Shown: positions 18,692-27,833, counted from the first letter of the stretch. The stretch is DNA of 64,000 nucleotides from an uncultured virus (IMG/VR IMGVR_UViG_2523533505_000001) (IMGVR_UViG_2523533505_000001:1-64000), one strand, 5' to 3'. Numbers and translations: made by a program. Notes: a model not told the origin generated them from the letters alone.

Positions 18692-18723
18692 AAAAGCCCC
18701 GACCCGCTCAGGGGTCAGGGCTT
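18692..18723 (-). terminator. intrinsic terminator
   Basis: Hairpin AAGCCC...GGGCTT with TTTT tail on the minus strand. Confidence 0.7.
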
Positions 18724-18745
18724 GTGTTCGGCTGGTGGCCGGCTC

Positions 18746-18982
18746 TCAGTGTCTGCCGCGCTCGCGGGCCTCGACCTCCCGGGCGTGGATCTCAAGGAGG
18801 TCGCTCCAGGAGGCGCAGTCGGCGCGCTGCACACGCTCCACCTGGATGCCGTGCTTCACGCACCAGCGTTTCAGGGTGCGGACGGTGGCCTCGTGGCCGG
18901 TCTCACGGAACAGCTCGGAGGCCTCGGTGAGGGTGACCAGGTCGGAGGCGGGCAGGTGGGGGCTGAGCGAGGTGACGGCCAC
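18746..18982 (-). CDS. small excisionase/MerR-like HTH protein
   Basis: GGGAGG RBS; LVTLTEASELFRETGHEATVRTLKRWC. Confidence 0.65.
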   Translation of the reverse strand: MAVTSLSPHLPASDLVTLTEASELFRETGHEATVRTLKRWCVKHGIQVERVQRADCASWSDLLEIHAREVEARERGRH

Positions 18983-19104
18983 GTGGCCTCCCATGTACGG
19001 CGGCCATCGTTCGCAGCTCCGGCGGCCGATACGGGTGGACCTTGGGGGAGGTCCCGGTGGTGGTGTGGTGCTGGTGGTGCTGAGTGAGACCCGCCTACCC
19101 CGGT

Positions 19105-19683
19105 TCAGGTTGCATGAACTCGAACAGAATTTTCGACCCGGTACTGGGCGGCGACGTGCACGTAGGCGAGGCGGGCGAGGCTGAAGGAGCTGGAGAGGCC
19201 GGCCTTGGTGGTGCAGCGGGTGTTGGTGCACACGGCGCGCTGTGCCTCGTGGACCCACATCAGGCCGAACGTGCGGCAGCCGGGGCACCGGTGAGGGCGG
19301 ATCACCTTGGTGTCGCCCATGGCGATCGCGTGCTCGAGGCGCTGGCGGTAGACGATGGTGTCGCGGCGCTGCTGCTGGGCTGTGGGGGCGTTGGCGGTGT
19401 GCTCGCGGTACCAGTCGTAGACGGCTTCGACGCGGGCGGGGAGCGGTCCGGCGTCCGGGTTGACGGCGCGGGCGTGGGCGGCGACCTCGGCGACGGAGCG
19501 GTCGATGTGCTCGATGATGCCGGCCGGGTAGGGCAGGCCGGGCGCGACAGGGGTGGGTCGGGAGCCGGGGCCGGTGACGCAGTGCCCTTCGGGCCCGGTG
19601 ACGGGGTGTTCGCGGAAGTGCCTGTCGAGGATGCGGAGGCGGTTCGATGCGGTGTCGTCGGTGTCTTCGCCAGCGGTGCTCAT
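19105..19683 (-). CDS. hypothetical protein with C-terminal Zn ribbon
   Basis: CPGCRTFGLMW...CTNTRC. Confidence 0.7.
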   Translation of the reverse strand: MSTAGEDTDDTASNRLRILDRHFREHPVTGPEGHCVTGPGSRPTPVAPGLPYPAGIIEHIDRSVAEVAAHARAVNPDAGPLPARVEAVYDWYREHTANAPTAQQQRRDTIVYRQRLEHAIAMGDTKVIRPHRCPGCRTFGLMWVHEAQRAVCTNTRCTTKAGLSSSFSLARLAYVHVAAQYRVENSVRVHAT

Positions 19684-19909
19684 GGGCGTCCCCCGTCCCC
19701 TTGTGGCGGCCTCGGGGGCGCGGGGTGCCGGTGCGTGATCGTGCAGGGGCGCGCGCCGGAGGCCGGAGGTGTGTGCTCCGGGTGTTCCGGACGCCCCATG
19801 GTGGCACGTAAGTGGCCGAAGTTGTACTGATTGTGTCTGATGATCAGCGCAATGTGATGTGCCTGAACGTTCAACGAATCCAGTTACTTCGGGTAAGACT
19901 CGGGCATAT

Positions 19910-20281
19910 TCACCCCACCGCACGGGGGACGTCCAGCAGACCGCGGAGCATCGCGTCCAACTCCCCCCGCTGACCTGCGTCCACGACCCCCTCCTCCACC
20001 GCGCCCTCGAGCATTCCCCGCACGATCGTCAGCGTCAGCGCGTACACCTCCGCCGTCTCATCCTCGGTCAGGGAATGGCCCAGCTCGTTGAACATCTCCT
20101 CGATGTGCTCGGCGAGGAGCTCCGGCGAACTACTGCCCCCCGGACCGGGCTCAGGGCCCTCGTTCATGTGCGGCCCCCGTCCTGCCTGCCTGCGGACTCG
20201 GTCATGGAGGGGGATTACGGCCGCGCCACCCGCCGTGTTCATCACGACGGCGGGGGTGGGGGCGGGCTCTGCTGCGGACAT
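19910..20281 (-). CDS. hypothetical protein
   Basis: GGAG RBS; acidic helical C-terminus. Confidence 0.55.
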   Translation of the reverse strand: MSAAEPAPTPAVVMNTAGGAAVIPLHDRVRRQAGRGPHMNEGPEPGPGGSSSPELLAEHIEEMFNELGHSLTEDETAEVYALTLTIVRGMLEGAVEEGVVDAGQRGELDAMLRGLLDVPRAVG

Positions 20282-20950
20282 CGGGGCGTCTCCGCTCCTC
20301 CGGCAGATCGGGAAGGTGGTCGTACGCCCAAGGGGAACCCTCGCTCAGGCCTGTGGTCTACGCCAGCGGCTGCCAGTCCGCGTGCGCAGACCGCCACTGT
20401 GACACCAGCAAGGGCATGTTGGTAAGGCAAGGGCAACTTTTGGCGCTACCTATAACCGCCCGGTGTACAGATCCGGCCGACCTCGTCACACCGGGCAACC
20501 ACCAGCGGTTTTCGTTGAACATGAGTCAGCCCCCAGCAAGGGACAACGCACGGGGAGCGGAGTTTGCCGACAACGCGACCGTGCCCTTGCGGGGGCTCTC
20601 GAGACCTCACGAGCGCATGCCCGTCAGATGACGGCAGTCTAGCCAGACAACTCGTCACGCGGGCAGAAGCCGGAGAACCTCCCGGTCCACACCGTCCGGA
20701 CGGTTCGCAGCGGCGCGGGCAGTGCAGGCGGCCGCGCTGGGCCGGAGGGCGGGCGGTGGAGGGCTGCGAACCACCGGCGCCCGGTCCCCCGGCCCGGCGG
20801 CCGCCCGCCCACGTGGGGGGTGGCACCTGTCACCCAACCCCGCATAAATGCACGAACGGAACCCACGCGCACAGAGATCACCCGGTTGAGTGATGAAAAA
20901 CCGCAGCCAACCGGGGCGAACACGACTGGAATTCGTTGGGCACGAAGAAC

Positions 20951-20988
20951 GGTCCGGCTCCCCCGCCGTCACGGATGGGAGCCGGACC
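20951..20988 (-). terminator. hairpin terminator of the par operon
   Basis: GGTCCGGCTCCC...GGGAGCCGGACC followed by TTCTT on minus. Confidence 0.7.
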
Positions 20989-21004
20989 GCCAGCCCCGCG
21001 CGCC

Positions 21005-21946
21005 CTATCGGCGCCTGCCTGCCGCCGGGAGCTGAGGCAGGAACTCGTCCAGGACCGCGTTCAGGAAGTCGCTGCGGCTGGGGAACCCGTACGCCTGGCT
21101 GAAGGCGTCGTAGTTGGCCAGCTCCTGCTCCGACGGACGGAACGACTGCTGCCCTGAGTCCTTCAGACGCCCGCGTACGGCGCGCCGGCCGACGACCTCG
21201 CCGAGCATGCCGTCCTCGTCGTAGTCCTCCTCGTCGACCGCGTTGTGCTGCTGGTACACGTCCCCGAGGAGCTTGCCGAACAGGCTGTTGCGCTTGCAGT
21301 ACAGGAACGCCCGCCGCACCACGAGCGCGTTGGACGGCTCCTTGTCCCCGGCCATCTTCTTGGACAGCTGGTAGTGGGCGAATCGCTCACGCACGCTGTG
21401 GCTGACCATGACGGTGCACTGGGTGGCTCGGGCGCCCGCGGGGCCGAGAGTGGGCACCTGCACCTGGTCGATCTGGACGTCACTGCGGTAGGCGAGCGGT
21501 ACGGGCCGATGCGTGGCCGGAGGCCCGGCGACGGCCCGTACCGCAACCTCCTGGGAGCTCCCCTCGTGTTCCTCCTGCTGCGCTGGCTCGGGCTGTTCTG
21601 GCCCGCGTTCGGCCCTCGGCGGCGGGGCGACCGTCTTCGGCGTCTCGACGACAGGCACGGGAGCCGGCGCGGGGACGACCGCCTCCTCCGTCTGTGCCGA
21701 CTCCACCCTTCGAGCCGGGCCGGGACCGGGAGGGGCCTCCACCACCGACGGGACGGGCACCGCTGAGGCGGCCTCCTCCGGCTGCGTCTCCGCAGGCGGC
21801 GTGGGGCTGGTTGTCGCGCCGGGGGCAGCGTCGTTGGACTGTCCGCGGCGGCGGCGCCGGTTACCGAGAGCGGAGTTGGCGAAGGAGGCCAGCGCGTCCT
21901 GGTCCGGCAGCTCGGCGTTCACGTCCGTCGCCTTGCTCGAGCTCAC
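21005..21946 (-). CDS. ParA partner (putative centromere-binding protein)
   Basis: GTGA-coupled to parA; disordered N-terminus; RHH-like C-terminus (FPSRSDFLNAVLDEFL). Confidence 0.7.
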   Translation of the reverse strand: MSSSKATDVNAELPDQDALASFANSALGNRRRRRGQSNDAAPGATTSPTPPAETQPEEAASAVPVPSVVEAPPGPGPARRVESAQTEEAVVPAPAPVPVVETPKTVAPPPRAERGPEQPEPAQQEEHEGSSQEVAVRAVAGPPATHRPVPLAYRSDVQIDQVQVPTLGPAGARATQCTVMVSHSVRERFAHYQLSKKMAGDKEPSNALVVRRAFLYCKRNSLFGKLLGDVYQQHNAVDEEDYDEDGMLGEVVGRRAVRGRLKDSGQQSFRPSEQELANYDAFSQAYGFPSRSDFLNAVLDEFLPQLPAAGRRR

Positions 21947-22923
21947 GCTTCCTCACCGGCCTCCGCCTGGGCGCGGCGCGCGGTCATCTCCTGCAGCACC
22001 TCGACCGTCAGCGACTGGTAGTCGCCGGCCAGCGCCTTCATCGACTTCACCAGCGGTGGCGGCAACTCCTTCGACGCGCGGAGTTCCTGCGGCACCTTGC
22101 CGCGGAGGCGGGCCTCGACGGCTGCGGCCTCGACGTGCCGGATGGTCTGCTCGAACAGAGGGGCCGCGCCCTGGAGGTCTTCCTCGAGGTGCTCGCGGAT
22201 CTTCTCCTGGACCTTGGTGGCAGAGCTGTTCGTCGCGAACAGGACGACGCCGAGGAGTTGGAGGACGTCGTTGATCTGGCTGGCGGTGCCGAAGCGCTTG
22301 GCGACGGCGCGCAGGCCCTTGCGGGAGGAGGGGTCGGACTTGGAGGGGATGAGGACGTAGTCGGAGGCCACGAGCGCGGCGAGCTGGAGGACGTCGGAGC
22401 CGGGGGCGACGTCGAGGATGATGACGTCGTAGTCGTCGCGTACCTGGTCGATGGCGGCCGCGTAGATGCCCATCCACGCGTCACGGTCGTCGGGGTCGGC
22501 GATCTGCTTGGAGGCACGACGCTGGCAGTACAGCTCTTCGATGATCTCTTCGAGCTGTTCGCCGCCCGGGACGACGTGCAGGCCTGGGCGCGCCTGCCCG
22601 GTCGGGGTGAGGGGCTTGCCCTCGAGGATGGCTGCCGTCTGGGCGGCGCCCTTGTCGTTCATCGCCGAGTTGGAGATGCCGAGGTCTTCGCAGTTGTTGC
22701 CCTGTTCGTCCAGCTCCATCAGCAGGACGTCTTTGCCGAGCTTGGACAGGGCAACACCGAAGGCGGACGAGAGGGAGGACTTGCCGACGCCTCCCTTGCC
22801 GTTGACGACGGCGATGACCTTGGGTTCGTGCTGGCCGGAGTCGATGAGGGTGTAGCGGCGATCGAGGCTGCGCTTCACCCCCTCCAGGTTCATCAGGCTG
22901 ATGGGGACTTGCAGTGTGCTCAC
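21943..22923 (-). CDS. parA: ParA-family partition ATPase
   Basis: VVNGKGGVGKSS deviant Walker A; ELDEQGN; YDVIILDVAP. Confidence 0.95.
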   Translation of the reverse strand: MSTLQVPISLMNLEGVKRSLDRRYTLIDSGQHEPKVIAVVNGKGGVGKSSLSSAFGVALSKLGKDVLLMELDEQGNNCEDLGISNSAMNDKGAAQTAAILEGKPLTPTGQARPGLHVVPGGEQLEEIIEELYCQRRASKQIADPDDRDAWMGIYAAAIDQVRDDYDVIILDVAPGSDVLQLAALVASDYVLIPSKSDPSSRKGLRAVAKRFGTASQINDVLQLLGVVLFATNSSATKVQEKIREHLEEDLQGAAPLFEQTIRHVEAAAVEARLRGKVPQELRASKELPPPLVKSMKALAGDYQSLTVEVLQEMTARRAQAEAGEEA

Positions 22924-23025
22924 GGATGCGCCTTCCTGCCGGGTCTGGGTGAGGTCTCGGCGCACGACCCTATATGGCGATCATGCTCGGCCTGTGGAGA
23001 CCCGGGCGGAAGAGCGGTAAGCGCT

Positions 23026-23095
23026 GCTATGGGGCGTGGTAGCTAGCGGGCCTTATGGCGTGACCACTAGCGCGCTATATAGGACGCCCCATAGC
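23026..23095. promoter_or_regulatory. putative par promoter/centromere region
   Basis: 12-bp inverted repeat GCTATGGGGCGT/ACGCCCCATAGC in a TA-rich patch upstream of parA. Confidence 0.45.
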
Positions 23096-23124
23096 CCCAT
23101 TGCTAGCCCTTTACCTAGCGTGGT

Positions 23125-23235
23125 TCACGGCTCGTCGATGTCCGCGTCCTCGTCGAGGAAGTCGTCCTCGGTGTCGTCGGGCCATTCGGGCTCGATGAAA
23201 AGTCCAGCGTAGGGCGGCTTCTCCAGCGTGGGCAT
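23125..23235 (-). CDS. 36-aa highly acidic peptide
   Basis: AAGGAG RBS; MPTLEKPPYAGLFIEPEWPDDTEDDFLDEDADIDEP. Confidence 0.6.
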   Translation of the reverse strand: MPTLEKPPYAGLFIEPEWPDDTEDDFLDEDADIDEP

Positions 23236-23256
23236 GAGCAGGCTCCTTGCGTACGG

Positions 23257-23469
23257 TCAGACGGTGGTCGGCTGCGGGGTCTTGAGGGCGAGGATGTGCT
23301 TGTCGAGCATCGCGCACTCCACCTCGATGGCGTACCTGTCGCGGCGCTCAGTGTCGGTCAGGTCTGGGTGGGCGAAGTACCAGTCCATGGTGTGCGCCCA
23401 GCAGTCCCCGCCCATGGGGTGGTAGTCGGCGTGGAGGAGGCACATGCCGAGGGTGGCGCTGTGGTCCAA
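23257..23469 (-). CDS. hypothetical protein
   Basis: GGAGG RBS before TTG. Confidence 0.6.
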   Translation of the reverse strand: MDHSATLGMCLLHADYHPMGGDCWAHTMDWYFAHPDLTDTERRDRYAIEVECAMLDKHILALKTPQPTTV

Positions 23470-23484
23470 GAGGGGTGCCTCCGT

Positions 23485-24483
23485 TCAGGCCGCGGTCGGC
23501 CGGTAGTTGTGGCGAGCGCGGTCACGCGCGCAGTCGGCTGCGATACGGGCGCAGGCGAGCTGCACCCACTGATCGTTCTCGACCGCCGTGTGGGGCACGT
23601 CGACGGAGGACCCGAACACCTCGTCGCCCTTCCACGAGTGGTTACGGAAGGAAATGCCCGCCTTGCTGGACCAGTCGACGACCCAGCGCTCGGTCTTCCG
23701 TCCGCGTTGGCGGCCGGTGGTCCACTTCTCCAGGCTGAGCCGGACGTCGTGGACGGTGCCGTCGGGCATGCACACCCGCCCGTCGACGGGCTCGCCCTGG
23801 GGCTCCCGTACGACGGTGCGCTTGCCGAGCAGGTAGTGGCGGGGGTCGACTCGAAGGGATCCGGACATCCACCACGGGTCGCTCGCGCGGGACTCGTCGC
23901 GGCGCGCCCACAGCTGCCAGTACAGGCAGCCGTGGTGGATGCTGACCTCGATGACGCGGGAGTCGTAGCCGGTCGGGTTGAGGCGGCGCTGCAGCCACCG
24001 GCCGTGGTTCTCGGTGTGGAGGTAGAGGGCGCCGAGCGGCCCGAGGCACAGGTTGCCGCTGAGGACGTGCTCGCTGCCCGGGTTGCCCACCTTGAAGCCG
24101 ATGCCCAGGTTGCTGGAGACGCGGCCGCCAATCACGAGCTGCCCGCCCACGGTGCCCGTCAAGCTGGCCGGCCACGGGCCGGGGTTCTGGAGGAGGTAGT
24201 GCGGGTTTTTGTGCCCGTCGTGCGGGCCGACGTATCGGTCACCGATGTCGGAGACGGCGGGGTCGAGACGGCCCTGCGGGTCGGTGCGGGTGCCGCAGCG
24301 GTCGCACGCCACCCACCGGCTGGGCTTCAGGTCGCCGATGCCCTTGGTGCCGTCCACGACCGGCTTGTGCCCGAGCAGGCGGCACAGGGCGACGATGCGG
24401 GGGATGTCGTGCACCCAGAACCCGCGGTTCAGGAGGCCGCGTTCGCCGCGGTCCTTGCTGTAGTCGATGCTGTAGAGGCGCAT
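23485..24483 (-). CDS. hypothetical protein
   Basis: GGGAG RBS; CRLLGHKP...CDRCG; Trp-rich. Confidence 0.75.
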   Translation of the reverse strand: MRLYSIDYSKDRGERGLLNRGFWVHDIPRIVALCRLLGHKPVVDGTKGIGDLKPSRWVACDRCGTRTDPQGRLDPAVSDIGDRYVGPHDGHKNPHYLLQNPGPWPASLTGTVGGQLVIGGRVSSNLGIGFKVGNPGSEHVLSGNLCLGPLGALYLHTENHGRWLQRRLNPTGYDSRVIEVSIHHGCLYWQLWARRDESRASDPWWMSGSLRVDPRHYLLGKRTVVREPQGEPVDGRVCMPDGTVHDVRLSLEKWTTGRQRGRKTERWVVDWSSKAGISFRNHSWKGDEVFGSSVDVPHTAVENDQWVQLACARIAADCARDRARHNYRPTAA

Positions 24484-24559
24484 ACGGGCTCCCAGGCGCA
24501 GCGATGGGGGTGGTTGCTGCGCTCAGGCTCCCTTGGATTCGCCGGAGTGTTCCCCTGGC

Positions 24560-25363
24560 TCATGCGACGTCGAAGGCGCGGCGGGGCTGGGTGAGTCCGG
24601 CGGCCTCACGGTGCTTGTAGGCGAGGGCTGCGGCACGCGATGCCTCGGAGCTGCCGTGGGTGGGCCCGGCGAGGCGCTCGAGGCGTTCGCGTTCGGCCAG
24701 GTACTCGGCGTGCTCGCTCTCGGGTAGCCGCTTGGCGCGCAGGGCCTGGTCCTGCCGCTGGATGGCCTCCACGGTGTACGGGTCGGCTGGCTCCCGGGAT
24801 GGCCGGTGGGCGAGGGTGAGCTCGAGGGCGGTCCGGTATCCGTCGGAGGCGGTCTCCCGCGTCCGCACCGGTGCCGGGGCGGACGGCTGACCGGGCGCTC
24901 GGGGGCCGGTCTCGTCGCGCGCGGCCGAGGTGTCGCCAGGGGCGAGGATCCGCAGGGCGCGAACTGCGCGGTTGCCGGTCTTCTCCCGGATGCGGCGCAG
25001 GATCTGGGGCTGGAAGAGTCTCAGCTGGGTGGCGTACGCGTCAGAGACGGGCTTGAGGTGGAGGACGCCGGTGTCGTGCTCCAGCCGTACGGCCGCGACC
25101 TTGCCGACGAGTTCGGGGGCGATGGCCGGCCACTGGTCGAGAACGCTGCCGCCCTCCTCCGGGGGTTCCCAACCGCGTTCGGTCATCATGCCGGTGATGG
25201 CGGAGCCCAGGGCGAGCGGGTCCCGGCCGCCGGTGCGCGCGACCCGGCGGGTGCGGCTGGTCTTCACCGGCTGGACAGGTCGAGTCTTGGCGGCCGCGCG
25301 GGCGGCAGCGAGAGCCGCTCGGGCGAGGTCGATGCCGGACTCGGCGGGTGGGGTGTCGGTCAT
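24560..25363 (-). CDS. dciA: DciA/DUF721 family protein (helicase-loader-like)
   Basis: GIDLARAALAAAR...RDP...RGW...QWPAI...AYATQLRL, as in actinobacterial DUF721. Confidence 0.85.
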   Translation of the reverse strand: MTDTPPAESGIDLARAALAAARAAAKTRPVQPVKTSRTRRVARTGGRDPLALGSAITGMMTERGWEPPEEGGSVLDQWPAIAPELVGKVAAVRLEHDTGVLHLKPVSDAYATQLRLFQPQILRRIREKTGNRAVRALRILAPGDTSAARDETGPRAPGQPSAPAPVRTRETASDGYRTALELTLAHRPSREPADPYTVEAIQRQDQALRAKRLPESEHAEYLAERERLERLAGPTHGSSEASRAAALAYKHREAAGLTQPRRAFDVA

Positions 25364-26703
25364 GAGGGGCTCCCGTTGAGGAAGGCGAGGATGTCGGCTT
25401 CGGCGTTCCAGGTGGTGGTGTCGGCGCCGGAGAGGTCGTCGTGTCCGCGAGCGCGCATCGTCTGCTGGTAGCGGGTGATGCCTTGCCGGAGGGCGGCCAT
25501 GACGTCGAGCTGCTGGCCGATGCGGGCGGTGAACGCACCGGGGGTGGGGTTCTCCAGCTCGTACTGGTCTCGGGCGGCCTCGTAGCGGTCGGCGCGCTGC
25601 TGGCGGTCGGCGAGGACAGTGCGGATGTAGTTCGCCGGGGCGTTCGGCCGCCAGCGGGTGCCGTCGCACAGGCCGTTCAGGAAGCCGGCGATGCCGTACG
25701 CGTCGAGGCCCCGGTCGATGAGCGGGCGCAGCGCGAACGCCAGCCGGCGAAGGCCTTCGCGCTGGGTCCAGTTGACGAGGGGGCGTACCTGGCGGGCGAT
25801 GCGGATGTCCTCGGCGACCTGGAGGGCGTGCCTGCCGGTCCCCTTGCCGCTGCTGCGGTTGTTGGTCGACTTCTGGGTGGGGATGGATGCGCTGTCTCGG
25901 CTCGCGCGCTCGCGCGAGGTGTAGTTCTCTTCCCCCCCATCTACCTTCAGCTTTCCCTCTTCCTTCTCCACAGTGAGGGAAGGGGGCTCAAGGCCCTCAG
26001 GGTCAGAGTTGTCCACAGCCCGGTTATCCACAGGGGCCGCTCCCGCCTGGGCGGAGTCCGAGGAGGCGGAAGGGGAGGGGGCTCGGCGGCCGCGCACGTC
26101 CACCACGATCCGCGCCGCATACCCGGAGCCGACGACTGTGTGGCCCATCGCCTCGTCGTACACGGGCGGGATGACGGCCGCGTACACCGTGGCGGTCGCC
26201 GCGTAGCCCTTGATGCCGAGGAGGCGGCGGATGTTCGCGCGGGTCCCGTGCTGCGCCCAGGCCAGCGCGCCCAGCTCCCGCAGATACGAGACGTGCCGCT
26301 TCACCGTGGCGCGCGACAGGCCGAGCCGGGCCGCCATCTCCTCGAGGCAGTACCGGACGTGTCCGGTCGTGTAGTCCATGCGGTCGGCGAGGTCCTCGGC
26401 GACGCGGAGCGTGGTGGCGGTCGCCCGCGGGTGGTGGCCGGCTGCGATCAGCCACTCCACGGCGCGACGCCACCGACGCGGCCCGCTCCGCCGTGACGCG
26501 GTGTGAGCCACCTCCTGGCAGGAGCCGTGCACGAGGGCGAACCGGACGCCACTGTAATCGCTCGCACGTTCGAATTCGAGGTCAGGGCCCTGTCCGGGGT
26601 GAGGAACCTGGGGGCACCCGGTGTCACCCGAGTAGGGGGAGATAAGCCGCGAATCGCCCTGTGCGGGGACGCGAAGCTGACAACTAGCCGTGCGCTGAGG
26701 CAC
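25360..26703 (-). CDS. putative plasmid replication initiator (winged-HTH)
   Basis: LEEMAARLGLSRATVKRHVSYLRELG; coupled to DciA; internal DnaA boxes; start uncertain (26511-26805). Confidence 0.7.
   Translation of the reverse strand: MPQRTASCQLRVPAQGDSRLISPYSGDTGCPQVPHPGQGPDLEFERASDYSGVRFALVHGSCQEVAHTASRRSGPRRWRRAVEWLIAAGHHPRATATTLRVAEDLADRMDYTTGHVRYCLEEMAARLGLSRATVKRHVSYLRELGALAWAQHGTRANIRRLLGIKGYAATATVYAAVIPPVYDEAMGHTVVGSGYAARIVVDVRGRRAPSPSASSDSAQAGAAPVDNRAVDNSDPEGLEPPSLTVEKEEGKLKVDGGEENYTSRERASRDSASIPTQKSTNNRSSGKGTGRHALQVAEDIRIARQVRPLVNWTQREGLRRLAFALRPLIDRGLDAYGIAGFLNGLCDGTRWRPNAPANYIRTVLADRQQRADRYEAARDQYELENPTPGAFTARIGQQLDVMAALRQGITRYQQTMRARGHDDLSGADTTTWNAEADILAFLNGSPS
26009..26032 (+). 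promoter_or_regulatory. two tandem DnaA boxes (putative origin)
   Basis: TTGTCCACA 26009-26017 and TTATCCACA 26024-26032. Confidence 0.75.
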
Positions 26704-26794
26704 TATGTACCTGCCGTCCTGCGGACACAACAAAGCCCGCCTGGTGGTGAGGGTGGTTCCGTCCAGAACCTGTAGGTCGCTCGAACACTCGGGC

Positions 26795-26940
26795 CCGGTC
26801 GCCAAACCGGATCTGAGATTCGGGCCTTAGCTCCGAGAGCCAACTCGGAGCCGTGGTACGAGGCCGCGCACGGTGCGCCAACACCAGCGGCCAGCGGTTG
26901 AGGGTGAAGCCCCCGCCAAGGGGCTCAGGAACCTCCCGCT
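26795..26940. ncRNA. putative structured rep leader / antisense RNA with four (C/A)GCCAA-loop hairpins
   Basis: Four different stems, each closing the same hexaloop. Confidence 0.6.
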
Positions 26941-26949
26941 AGGAAGTCG

Positions 26950-27444
26950 CTACGTCACTTGATCTCCCTTACTGGGTGAGGTCTGTTCTGCCTCGCGGTA
27001 CGAGGCAAGTTGGTGCTCCGCGATCCGGGCCATCTGCTGGCTCAGGCGGAGCGCGTCATCGGCCGGGACCTGAACTTCCACCTCACGGCCGACCGCCTGC
27101 TTCGTACCGTCGGTGATCTGAACGGTGAAGCACACGTGATGGTGACGGCGCGCGGCCTCCCGAAGAGTGGCCACATCGTCCGTGGCGGGCAGAGGGCCGG
27201 TGGAGAAGGTACGCGGGAACGTGAAACTGGTGACTTTGCCCAGCAACCGACGCCTCAGCGAGGGACGCATCTTCTGGTGCATGTTCAGCAGAGCAACGGC
27301 CGTGCTGACGACCTCGCGGACATCCTCCACTGAAGCGCCGGACGTCAGAAGTTCCTGAACCTGGCGTAGCACGGTCTCCGCAAGAACGGTGGGCGAGGCA
27401 GCAAGGACGTCCCCGTATGGGTTGCTCTCATTGTCGGGGCTCAT
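26950..27444 (-). CDS. hypothetical protein
   Basis: GGAGG RBS; ATGA coupling; lower GC3. Confidence 0.65.
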   Translation of the reverse strand: MSPDNESNPYGDVLAASPTVLAETVLRQVQELLTSGASVEDVREVVSTAVALLNMHQKMRPSLRRRLLGKVTSFTFPRTFSTGPLPATDDVATLREAARRHHHVCFTVQITDGTKQAVGREVEVQVPADDALRLSQQMARIAEHQLASYREAEQTSPSKGDQVT

Positions 27445-27833
27445 CGCTCGCCTCCCGTCCGGGATGCCTTGGCGCGGGCGTGTTCGTAGCGCTGGCGGGC
27501 GGCGATGAACTCAGCGTCGGTGCCGCCTCGGTCGGGGTGTGCGTCGGCCATCGCCTTCCGCAGCTCCGGCAGCGACGGCGGCTTGGGCTGGTGCGGGATG
27601 TCCGGCTCGGTCAGGTACAGGGTTCGTGCGGCGGGCCGGTAGAAGATCTCGCCGTTGGCCTCGATTCGTTGGCGGTCGACGAACGCGGTCCTGCCTCGGA
27701 AGGTGATGTAGATCCGCTTGGCGGTCTTCCGGGTGATCTTGTGGCGGTGGATCTCCCAGTGGCCGAGGGGTCCGTCGTCCCAGTTGGCGTCCCACAGCTC
27801 GTAGAGGTACTCGGTGGCGGTGATCTCGTTCAT
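27441..27833 (-). CDS. protein with minimal C-terminal J-domain
   Basis: LRKAMADAHPDRGGTDAEFIAARQRYE. Confidence 0.7.
   Translation of the reverse strand: MNEITATEYLYELWDANWDDGPLGHWEIHRHKITRKTAKRIYITFRGRTAFVDRQRIEANGEIFYRPAARTLYLTEPDIPHQPKPPSLPELRKAMADAHPDRGGTDAEFIAARQRYEHARAKASRTGGER

Noticed and set aside
19120..19136. SOS (LexA) box TCGAACAGAATTTTCGA
   Set aside because: Spacer is one base longer than CGAAC-N4-GTTCG, one arm mismatches, and it lies in a coding 3' end.
26704..26805. TTG start at 26805 for Rep
   Set aside because: It falls inside a hairpin loop with no RBS; a downstream GTG is more plausible.
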